Shown piece by piece: positions 25,673 to 36,296 of a DNA stretch of 64,000 bases. The notes under the pieces were generated by a model. It searched no databases. It was not told where the DNA came from and was given only the letters and a program-made list of their open reading frames with translations. Each line of letters opens with the position of its first letter. The stretch's first letter is position 1. The translations under genes and the position numbers were made by a program. The stretch spans positions 114,826,001-114,890,000 of the forward strand of contig NC_087437.1 in assembly GCF_036321535.1 (NCBI RefSeq). Reading direction: 5' to 3'. The DNA is from Camelus dromedarius (lineage: Eukaryota).

Positions 25673-27124
25673 GAGCTGCAACTTCAGGTTCCAAAAGGAA
25701 ATCTGAAAACCAATTTTCTTAGGTATTTAAAATTGAAACAGTCTGCCCCTTTTAAAGACAAAAGAGCTTTAAAATCTCGTATTGTGAGGGGTTGTTGCTC
25801 ATAATTTACCTTCTATTAAGATCCATCCTCAGTATCTCACAAAGTGTAAAATTATTTAAAAAGTGAATTGAAAAGTTTTCATGGCCAGATGGAAAAAACT
25901 ATCACTTCCCTTTTATCCACATCCTCCAATTTCACATTTCGCTTGTCTGTAGCTGGTTATAGAGAAGAGACAGTAATACTGATAGGAAGGTTGATGTTTG
26001 ACCTAAATCAAATTGAAAGTAAAACTATGAAGGAAAGAATATAATGTCTAATTTGAAGACAGCAGATCACGGGATCCTGCACACATGAGTAACGGCTTCC
26101 CACACAGGAAACGATGGGTGGAAAGGGGACCAGGGGTAAATGGGCAGGACCTCGAGCTTAAACCCAATCCCAATGTTAAACCCTGGGGACTGACCAGACC
26201 CGCCATGGCTGAAAACTGGGATGACTTCCCCTATTGGATGAGAATCACTCTCCCAGCAAAATTATAGAGGCTTAGGGTGGAAAAGAAGCTCGCAGAAGCT
26301 TCTAGAGTGTGACTCAAACTGCTCCTGAGCTTTAATGAGATGAGAACAGAAACTGAGAGCATTTCAAAAATGCGTTTAGAGCAAAATAACAGAGTAATAT
26401 TCTATCTAAATGTAATAAGAAGAAATTGGGCTCATAGTTTGTATGTCTTTTATTTCATTTTTCTAACCATTCAATTTTTCTGGTACTTTACAATAGTATC
26501 AGTCCATAACAGATTGGAAATTGAAAATAAAGAGTAGTCCTTCTCCCCAGATAGCTTGAGAATTACTGCAGAAAATCCACCCTGAGCCACCAGAAGAGGA
26601 GATCCCAGAACAGCAACTCTATTAACCCCCTTAATAATTTTCTAGTGGACAATGCAGGTAGAAAAGGGCTGAGGAACAGGGGCACTTGGATTGTGAAGGG
26701 CAGGATGACTAGAGAGGTAAAAAGAAATCCTAAGAACAGTATACCTCGGGGAGCCCCAGCCTCTGAGCCTGCGGTTGGCAGTTCACCCCAGAACCCCCTT
26801 CCAGCTCTACAGAGGCTCAGACACCCTGCATCATTAAACCCCAGCTGGCCCCCTGGCCCGATGCAGACACACAGCAGACTGACCTTGGGACAAGAGGAAC
26901 ACAGGGGGCCGCAGCGAAAAGAAAATACAAAACCGCTCAGAACTGCCCAAATCTTATATATTTAGCTTCAGAAGACAAACACAGAGAGAAGTCCATAGTT
27001 AAATTCCTTCCTGGCTTAATCCAGCCCAAATCAGCAGGCTCTGACGGAAGGGAGGCTTAACACACTGTGGACGGCCATTTACGGATAATTGAGTTGGCTA
27101 TTTTGCTTCTTTAAAAACATTCTG

Positions 27125-27660
27125 TTGCATCAATATACTGTTGGTATCTCTTTTGGAAAGCAATTTGGTAACAATTATCAACATGTAAATTGTGACTACT
27201 CTTTAATCCAGCTGTAGAAATTCATCCTACAATTATACTCTTAAAGGAAGCAACAAAACACCCAATATTGTATCCAGTCCTCTGACTGACTCTTTAGGAG
27301 GGAAAAAAACTGGATAAAAGCTAAACATCCTCAACAAGAGACTAGCTAAATGGTGGCACCCCTAGACTGGAATAGTACACCCCACTGAAAGATGAAATGC
27401 TTCTCCAGGTTCTAATGTGGAAAGAGTTCCAAGACACAGCTTTAAGTAAAGGAAGCAAGTTGAAGTCCAATGGGTACCGTATGGTCCTATTTGTGTAGAA
27501 AAGCAGCCTATGCACTTTGATCATGCAGAGAACCCTTCCAAGGCTGTGTCTGTTCACCGTGATCATCTCTGGGAAGTAGAGCTAAGAGCCAAGACTTTCA
27601 TCTCTAATATCACACCCTTCCATGTGGGTTTGTTTTGTTTATAAGTAAAAATAAGTATTA
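27125..27660 (+). mobile_element. Old L1 (L1ME-like) 3' fragment
   Basis: tttggaaagcaatttgg, aaactgga..ctaaacatcc, atgtggaaagagttccaagaca..taagtaaaggaagcaagttg. Confidence 0.6.
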
Positions 27661-28220
27661 ATTTAATGTGGAACGAAGTACCTATTGCAGAATATCAAGA
27701 CGTACAAGAAATGGCAACAAATATCAGTCAACCAAAGATATATCCAGAAACAAGGGGTTACATAAAATGATTGCACCCCAAAGCTCAAGAGATGTTGGCC
27801 GACATTGACAAAGAAAAAACCACAACTCCTAGATTTTCTCATCCATGGCTGGCGAATATTTTTAGTGACAGCCAATACCAGCCTGGGGAACGCGTAAAAT
27901 CCAGTGGACCATGATGCAGAGGACTCAAGGCTTCCAGGCATCCTGGACACCACCAAACCCAGTGGTGACCAAACCCAGAGACAAGTGCTCAAGTATTTAC
28001 TTACTATGTGGAAATGGAAAGGGACTGGGATTGGTTAACTAAATTAAAAACGGTTGCCTGGTCCTGCGTCATAGACAGAGGGAGTGTCTTGGCTACCAGA
28101 AGTGCTGTACCTTCTATAAATGGGATACACACATTTCTTGTTTAATTACCCTACATAGCGCCAATTCATTCTGATACCATTGGTCTTGGAAATACTTTTC
28201 TTAAAAGTTATATGTAATTA

Positions 28221-28222
<2 letters not shown>

Positions 28223-28258
<36 letters not shown>
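28223..28258 (+). repeat. (AC)18 microsatellite
   Basis: Directly visible. Confidence 0.95.
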
Positions 28259-28261
<3 letters not shown>

Positions 28262-29374
28262 ACTCTGTACTCTAAGGATGAGTGCTGGGGAGGGAGGCTC
28301 CCTGTCCACCCTGGGGCCCTCAGCCCAGCGCACTGCATTATACACGCTCCTGATTAACAAGTATTTTCAGTGCTCCTCCGAGTTGAGTATATTCTGCAAA
28401 ACACTCCACTTACATCCCTTTGGCCTTTCTTTCTGCCACTTATTTCATGTTCTAGGTACCAGCTTTGATCCATAGTCTCAGGTAAAAGATGTTCAGGTGA
28501 TCATTATGGACTTGCCTCAAAAGGCAAAGGAAGAATATTATGCTGGATGTCAGAAAGCCAGTTTCCAGGCAGCCTGAGTCACAGAAATGGTAGAGGAAGC
28601 AGAGGGAGAAGTTTGGCACCCCCCACCCCCACCCCGGACAAATGGAAGTCCCCTGCGATTGTAACAAGCCCCACAAGCAGCATTGTGGGCCTGGGAGAGA
28701 TGACCAAGGGCATGTGAAGGCAGTGTCAAGGCAGAAGCCAGAATTATGCTTATAAAGACCCAAAGAGCAACCTTCCCTAACTTCTGTGTCTCTTCTGTGT
28801 CATGGCCTATCTGACATATGTCGGGGGCCCCGGGTTGCCAGCAGTGGTGGGCAGGGAGCAGGCAGGCCCAGAGCCACCCCTGCAGGAACACCAGAGCACT
28901 CAGGGCTCCCAGTGCACTTGGAAAGAAACCACATTCCCTTTTAGCCTGGGTGGGCCAGCTGAACAGCTGCGGCACCACTAAAAACAGCAGCAAGACAGAG
29001 AGACAATAGTCTTCCCCAGATCTGCCTTCAGGGGAAACAGCCGGGAGAGGGAAGGCATACCTGAAGAGGGCCTGGAATGAAGGTTTTGAAGGGCCTGAGT
29101 GGGGATTGTCTTTTGAGACAGGTGGGTGACCTTAACTGCAGGCTTTTATTTTGCTAAGTTTGGGGATTGCTGCAAATTTGGGGCCAGAAATGAATTCTCT
29201 GGAGGCGGGGGACACGCTGAGGCTACCTCCTGGGGACTTTCTCCCCTGTTGGGCCCTTCCTTTATTTATTTAGAGGACTCAGCCTTCCCTCTAGGTAAAT
29301 ATTGAACAGGTACTTTAAAAACGCCCATTTAAACAATGGCGAACTGTTCTCCTGAGCTCCCGGCTGGCATTATG

Positions 29375-29490
29375 CCCTGACTTCCTCAGCGGAATTGGGG
29401 GAGCGCTAGTCCGGCACTTCCGGTGATGGCACTTCCGGTGTCGGCCATCCATCTTGTGAGGAGGCCTCGCTTAGACCGGAAGTCCGTGGA
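29375..29490. promoter_or_regulatory. ETS/GABP-type promoter-like element
   Basis: ggcACTTCCGGTg at 29413-29425 and 29428-29440, ACCGGAAGT at 29475-29483, YY1-like gccatccatcttg, local CpG retention. Confidence 0.6.
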
Positions 29491-32400
29491 GAGAGAGGCC
29501 TGGGGCCTTGGTTTGGACTCCATTAGGAGAAGGGTAGACGTTTGGGTGTGGAAGCTGGAGTTGGAATGGGATAGAACTCTTCAGGCACAGAGAAGGGGAG
29601 CCGTGGGGGACTGGCTGAGGTCCACTGAGGGTCTCCCACGAAGAAGATAGATGTTGGGAGGGGAGGGCGGTCCTACCACACACGACTTTTCTCTCTGCAA
29701 CAACCTCAGCGGCCCAGAGGATCGTCTCCCGAGGAGAGAGTAGTCACTCCATTGGAAGCACAGGTTTTACCTCGACACCTTAGCAACCGAAAGTCTGTCT
29801 GATCACCTACACAACCTGTGGCTCTCCAAGGAACATAAAGGCCCAGAGCCTTACTGGAGATGCACTGCATCAGGGTCTCACGGGAGATGTCCAGCAGAGG
29901 AACAGTCAGAGCCCATCTGTATCCAGGGCTCAACTGGATTCTTGGCCTCCTCATCCTCAAACGTGGCGAACACAGCTCTGGGCTCAGGCCCAGCCAGCGC
30001 TGAGCCTCCCGGGACTCCCTCCCACCAGCCGGGCTGGAAATACCGGAAAAGCCAAGGTAGCAGCCCTCAGAGGCAGTGCAGGTATTTTCTTTCCTTTTGG
30101 CCAGTTTGGTTTTAACTAGAAACTGGAATAATAATTATAATGATACATGTTTACATATTTTAACTAATTAATCCCTTGGAGTCCTCTTTTGGGGGGAAAG
30201 CGTTCTACCCACCTCATACATCAGGAAAGCAGGGCCATGTGGTTTGGCGGGGCTGGGTGGTCGCTGGTGTCAGTACGAGAGCGGAGACCTGGGCTTCAGC
30301 AGTTCTTGACTTCTTGGCCTGCGTCCAGATTGCTGGGCCTTGCAGCCCCTAGAAAGTTAACACGTGAGAAATTGAAGTGGCCCAGACCATAAACCATCAG
30401 GAGTGGTTGGCGGGCTCCCTGGCCCTGCCTGTGCCTGTTCCTCCTGGAGAAACAGGCTTGGAGAGGAGGAAAAGCTGTTTCTCCAGGACTGCTTTTGCCC
30501 ATCTTTAATTACCAGGTAAAACAAAACTTTGCAGACAGAAAAGCTCCCGTTGAAAGAAAACGCCTAGTTGCTGTGAAGGTTTCATCTTTCTCTTTCGACT
30601 CCCAAGGTCTGCCACCATGTAACCCAGTGTTGGCCTGAAAAAATATTTGTCTACAGAAACAGCCACGTGGGGTGCTGGGGACACCAGTGCCTGGGCCTGA
30701 GGGAGGAGCCTGTATGGTTACCCTCTTAACCCCTTTTAACAAGCGATATACAGGTTTTCTCCTGATTCTGTCTTCTCTATCTGCTGGCAAATGTTTTTCA
30801 CAACAAATTAGGGTGAGTTAGTAGGTGTAGGTGAAGGGAGAAGGGTAATCAATGTCTTCAATGGCCATGGCTATTCCTAGGTCGGGGGGTGGTGGAAACA
30901 CAGAGGAGGCAGGCTGGGAGCCTTTCAGCCCCAGCAGTTGAAGACACGTGTAGAGGCATCCAAGTCGGCAAAGAAATCCAGGCTGAGTCTGCAGAGAAAA
31001 TTGCTTTTTTGAAAGAAAGAAGTGAGCAGGCGTGGTCAAATACGACCCTCTCTGAGTGTTTGTATCAGGGCAGACTAGCAGCCCTGTTTGGAAGCGGAGC
31101 CTGGCTATCTCAGCGGAGTCTCCTTCTAAACGCATAATAGGCATTTATTTAGTCTGCACCCCAGGGTGCCTGGTATCATCGTTCAGTTTTTCATATGTGG
31201 ATGCTATCTTTCTCCTGTTCAGTTGTAGGCTTCCTAGTGGTAGGGACCAGAGTTTTCATAATCCACATTAATTAAAATGACGGATCAAAAACTTTCCCCT
31301 TGTGTGTTATCAGCGGAGGGACATAAACTAATTTCGGTCTCGTTCCTATTGCCTGACTCCCTTTCATTGTTCCAGGTTTCCTGTTAAGGTCTGACTTTTG
31401 AGAGTCCTCCCCGATGCCAGAGAGCACATCTGGGACACAGATGTTTCTTTTCTTTGCTCTTTCACAGTGGTAATTTTCTCAGCTACTGCAGGAAGCTCGG
31501 CAGATTCAGAAGTACAAGGAGCCCCAGCGAGGCCTGAGATGATCTTCACTGGTGCTATCAGTGGGTCTGAATGCCAACATCTGCTTCAAGAGTGATTGCT
31601 CGGAGAAGTTCCTCCCAGTCCTAAATTTGGTTGCTCTGTTTTGAGGTGATAGCCTCATATTGAAGTAATTTCTCCCCACCAAAGGGTCTAGAATAGGTTC
31701 AGTTGTAATCGATTTTATGTAATCGTGACTGCCTCAAGAAACCTGGAAAGGGTTATTAAGAGTGTGTGTCTAGGCATATGGATAACTGTTCCAGCTTAGC
31801 AGTCTGAGCACCATTAGTAGCCCTTGAAATGGTTCTCCAGGAAGTGCGGGCTGCTAATAACTCTGCCCTGATGTTATTATGTGAGCCAAACAACGCATAA
31901 CTTTTGTAAGTAGCCCAAGTGCTCTGAATTGGCAACCTGCTCAGGGAGACCACGTTGGTGTGCCTTCCTGAACCCAGGAAACCTCACCAAAGGAAAGCAG
32001 AAAATTATCAACCCTCCCTTGCCAGTAGGTTGACTTGTCACTGTCGATAGACAAACTGATAGATTTTGGAGCTATGTCCCTCCTACTGGCTCAGAAGAGG
32101 GCTCTACCTAGAGCAGTCAGTTGCGCTAAGACAATTTCTGTGGCAAGAGAAAGAATCTTTCCATTGGAATTGTTAATTAACTTTTTCACTTTGTTGAAAA
32201 ATGCTGTATTAAGTGCTTGGAGATAAGAAAAATATGCCCTCAGGTTGTTCATCGTCTACCTACGAGGATAAGGCAGAAGATTGAAAAGCTAGTTAAAGTG
32301 CAAAGCAATGGCATATCCACCTTGTGGGAGAACATTCAGCCACTGAAGTGAATGAAGGAAATCTGTAAGTCCTGAGAGCTAACCAGGAAAAGGCCAGTAG

Positions 32401-32734
32401 CTGAACAAAATACCATCTAGGTAAAAATTAAAGCGAAGTGCCTCTGTGTATGAACATACGTATATATGCAAATGCATAAAGGGGACGGGAAGAGACACAG
32501 CAAAGTAGAGAAGGAAAGTGAGATTGGGGGAGGCTGTAAAGAGCATTTCTCATATTTTTACTCAGCATTCTTCTGTATTGAATAAATTATTTAGAACAAG
32601 AAACTATTTATATATTTCTTACATAAAAAAAGGAAAGGGTGAAAATATCACAACAAACCAAGTACATGATGGGTACCAAGAGGTGACACCAAAAGTAATC
32701 ACGGTGGTCCCATTCCTCGGCAGTGATTCCCTGA

Positions 32735-33128
32735 GCTTAATCATGTGATACCATCAGGGCCAATGAGATTTAAGGGGGTGTCCAGGAGGCTGCTGGGTAA
32801 GGCTTCCTTGCTCTTAAGGAGAGGAATGAAGAAGAGAAAGCACATCGTCTTCCTTCTGTTGGACATCATAGTGTCTGGATGTGACTCCTGGCAGTGCAGC
32901 AGCCATCTTGTGCCTTGAGGAGCCACCCTGGGGACCAAGCCAAACTCTGACATTGTCACTAGAAAGATGGAAAAACTTGAGTCTTGGGAGACATTGCTGA
33001 GCCAGTGAACCAACCTGCCACAGAGCTGTTCTCCCTCGGGACCTCTGCTCAGTGGGAGGGCGCGTTGGTCTTGCCATTGAGGTGGGACTATCTGTTACTT
33101 GCAGCCTGGTGTATCCTACCTGACATTC
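32735..33128 (+). mobile_element. Old MLT1K/L-like MaLR LTR
   Basis: ggccaatgagat, gcagcagccatcttgtg, gaaagatggaaaaacttgagtcttgggagacattgctgagcc, ctgttacttgcagcc. Confidence 0.75.
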
Positions 33129-34299
33129 CATCAGCAGGAGCCCTGTCTGATTATGAGGTCTTAAGGTCCTTGGGCATATCTGAGGGGGCCTTTGGGCCCT
33201 AGGACCATGACGCCTGGGCACTGGGACTTACTCCAGAATAGAGAAGAGGTCATGAGGCTTGTGGCTGGGAGGAGGGAGCCTTGGAGAGGCAGAGAACACA
33301 TCCTGAGAGGCAAGGACACTCAGTCCCTGGCACCTCAGTGGGCAAGTGGGGCTGCAAGTGTCAGGTGGGAGGTAATCAGACAGGGGGCCCTCAGTCTGGC
33401 CCCTGGGGCATTTGATACAAGCTCCTAACAGATGCAGGAGCTGCACTTGGGAGGCTGGAAGAGCCATCGCAACCTAAGGCTGTTTGGAGGGGACCTTTCC
33501 TTCCTGGGAGTAGAAGGCCCCAGCTCTCCTGGGGGCCTGGGGAAGGAGCGTTCAGCAGCCACCCCGAGCAGAACCACAGCCTTGCAGAGCCAGGTGGGGC
33601 TGCAGGGGCTGCCACCAGCAGAGCCCGGGCCAGCGCAGTGGCGTTGCAGCAGGCTGGAGGTGGCTCCCCGCAGCTGTGCAGCGGGAAAGAGGCGACAAAG
33701 CCCGGGAGACCGCCCACTGCAGGTGTTCCCGGGATCCACCCTGAATTGCTCCAGAAGTGATGATGGTTTTGATGGGTTTGTAGAGGAGTCTACCTGAATT
33801 AAACTCCAGTCACCCCAAACTGCTATTGATTTAAGATGTTTTAAGCCAGAGCTGCAGTGTTGGAACTGAGGCTCTGCAGGAGAACCGGGAAATGAAGTCT
33901 TACTCGTTGTGGTTGCCCAGGACGGGAGTGGAAGAGAAAGAGTGAGCGAGACAGAGACACAGGGTCGGGGCGGGGGGCTGGTACTGGGATGATTTCTCAT
34001 TTCACCTGATCCCAAAGAAAGGGGTGGCTGGCTTCTACTTGGGCTCTGAACATCAGCCCTTGCGTGGGGAGATCTCACCTCCAGCTTGAAATCAATCACC
34101 CCACTCACTTCTTGGAGTGAAGTCAAAGAAGGCTTGCTCTTAAATCACAAACTCTGAGAGGGGGTTGAAAAAAACCAGCACCGACTTCTGAGCTAATCTG
34201 TGGAACTGAAAGTGACATGATGGCGCTTCGGGGACAACAGATGCACAGCTCAGATCTCATTTAAAAACTGCCTTGATTCACTTGGAAAACAAAAAAACA

Positions 34300-34994
34300 A
34301 GACAAAACCAAACCAAACCAAAACAAAAAAACCAGCAAACAAATGTTGGTGGGGATGTGGAGAAATTGGAACCCTTGGGCATTGCTGGTGGGAATGTAAA
34401 GTGATAACAGCTTCTGTGGAAAAGAGGATGGAGAGTCCTCAAAAAAAATTACACAGCAGATCTAGCAGTTCCACTCCCGGATGCTCACGCCAGAGGCCTG
34501 GCAGCAGGGACGCAGACAGAGACGTGTGCACCCACGTCCACAGCAGCGTTATTCACAACAGCCGAAAGGTGGAAGCCACCCAGGCAGCCATCCATCAATG
34601 GATGGATCAGCAAAATGCGCTGTGCCCAAACAATGGACTGTTAGAAAGGAATGAAGTTCTGATACATGCAACAACGTGGATGAACCTTGAAGACGTTACA
34701 CTAAATGAAATAAGCCAGTCACCGGAAGACAAATACTGTATGATTCCACGTATAGGAGGTACCTCAAACTGTCCAATCCATAGAGACCAAAAGTACAGTA
34801 GTGGTTGCCAGGGGCTGGGGGAGGGAGGAGCAGGAAGTTACTGTTTAATGGGTACAGAGTTTCTGTCTGGGATGACGGAAAAGTCTGGAAATGGATAGCG
34901 GTGATGGCTACTTAGTGTCACTGAATTCTACACTTAAAAATGGTTAGAATGGTATGTTTTATGTTGCATAGATTTTGACCGCAATTTAAAAAAA
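34300..34994 (+). mobile_element. L1MB-like LINE-1 3' fragment
   Basis: aacaaatgttggtggggatgtggagaaattggaaccc; ORF 34401-34898 contains HATTWMNLEDVTLNEISQ..KYCMI (L1 ORF2 C-terminus). Confidence 0.9.
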
Positions 34995-35831
34995 TCTCTC
35001 TCGATGTGTATACACATACGCACATGCACACGCACACAGACATCCCGTGGGCGTGGTTTCTGACTAACACTATTACCCAAGTTTCTCAGTTTCTGGTCGG
35101 AAAGTGGCTTTCTGTCTACCTAGTCCTGCACTTTGCAAATTTCATCGCTTTTTCAAATTTCAAAACTTTTTAAATTTAAAAAATGAGATGAAATTACAAA
35201 TTTCATCTTATCAAATGATTAAAAAAAAATTTCTCACACTCTTGATCCTAGGACTTTAATTGAACCATGAAGTGTTTAACTGAACACCAGAGACACATTT
35301 GGTAGATGCAGTCAAGGGTAAGGGGAAGATAAGATATAGTCTCTGTCCAAATGCATCCAGACAAGACTGACAGGTGCACTGTTAATACCAGACCAGCACT
35401 GAGAAGCCCCTTGACAGGGGTCCAAAGCAGGGCCTGGGGCAGTGCTTCTCACAGGAAGAGATGATCACTCCAGCCTTGGCACTAGCAAAACCGACTTTTA
35501 TTTTCATTTCCCTTTTCCCTTCCAGTCTATTTCTCTCCCAATCAGTAAAAACTGTAAGCTTCTCTAGTTTCCCACACAAGTCCAGCAAGAGACAAGGGTC
35601 CGAAGACTGATCTCTCAACTCTGCCACCTTTCCACTGCAAGGAACTCTTCCAATTCAGCTGCTGAAAAGGAAGAGAATAGCCACACTGGTTCCACGTCCC
35701 ATTTTCACCTGGGGTGTAGTAGCTTCTCCCTTACTTCCAACCACTCGGTTCAGTACTTATACCAGAGTTCACCGAGTACAGAGTCAGAGGAGGAGGTGAT
35801 TCAGCTGTCAGAACCACGGGCATGAGAGATG

Positions 35832-36296
35832 GCAGTCAGCTTCCTAGGGTTGCCACCGCACATTTCCACAAACTGAGTGACTTAAAATGGTGGTTTATCC
35901 GCTCACAGTTCTGGAGGTTGGAGATCTGAGGTCAGGATGTCAGCAGGGGCACGCTCCCTCCCAAGGCTGTAGGGGAGGCTCCTTCCTTGCCTCTTCCAGC
36001 TCCTGGTGGTTGTCAGTAAGCCTTGGCATTCCTTAGCTGGCAGACAAGTCACTCCAACGTCTGCTTCCGTCTTCACGTGGCTGTCTTCCCTCCGTGTGTC
36101 TGTGTGTTGAAATTTCTTTCTTCTTAGAAGGATCCCAGTCAGTGGATCAGCACCCACCCTACTCTGGCGCGTCCTCATTTTAACTTAATTATGTCTGCAC
36201 AGACCCTGTTACCAAATAAGGTCACATTAGCAGGTTTCAGGGATGAAGACTTGAACATCTCTTTGGTGGCAGGGGGACACAATCCATCCCACAACA
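35832..36296 (-). mobile_element. MLT1C-like MaLR solo LTR
   Basis: ccacaaactgagtgacttaaaa..ctcacagttctggagg..accaaataaggtcaca..gggggacacaatccatcccacaaca. Confidence 0.9.

Larger units (their letters stand above)
25595..29420 (-). ncRNA. Putative spliced, polyadenylated lncRNA (exons ~29420-29061, 26002-25810, 25702-~25595)
   Basis: Donor CAG|GTATGC at 29061; acceptor ttcaatttgatttag|G at 26002; donor AAG|GTAAAT at 25810; acceptor ttggttttcag|A at 25702; AATAAA at 25616-25611; ETS promoter at 5' end; exons 2-3 have no substantial ORF. Confidence 0.3.

Noticed and set aside
27666..27915. Protein-like frame MWNEVPIAEYQDVQEMATN.. with internal stop
   Set aside because: Only 34 codons before the stop and no family I recognise; cannot support a pseudogene call without TBLASTN
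33425..34126. 233-aa ORF (longest in track)
   Set aside because: Non-ATG start, P/S-rich low-information sequence, no recognisable homology
34401..34898. 165-aa ORF
   Set aside because: Degenerate L1 ORF2/3'UTR translation
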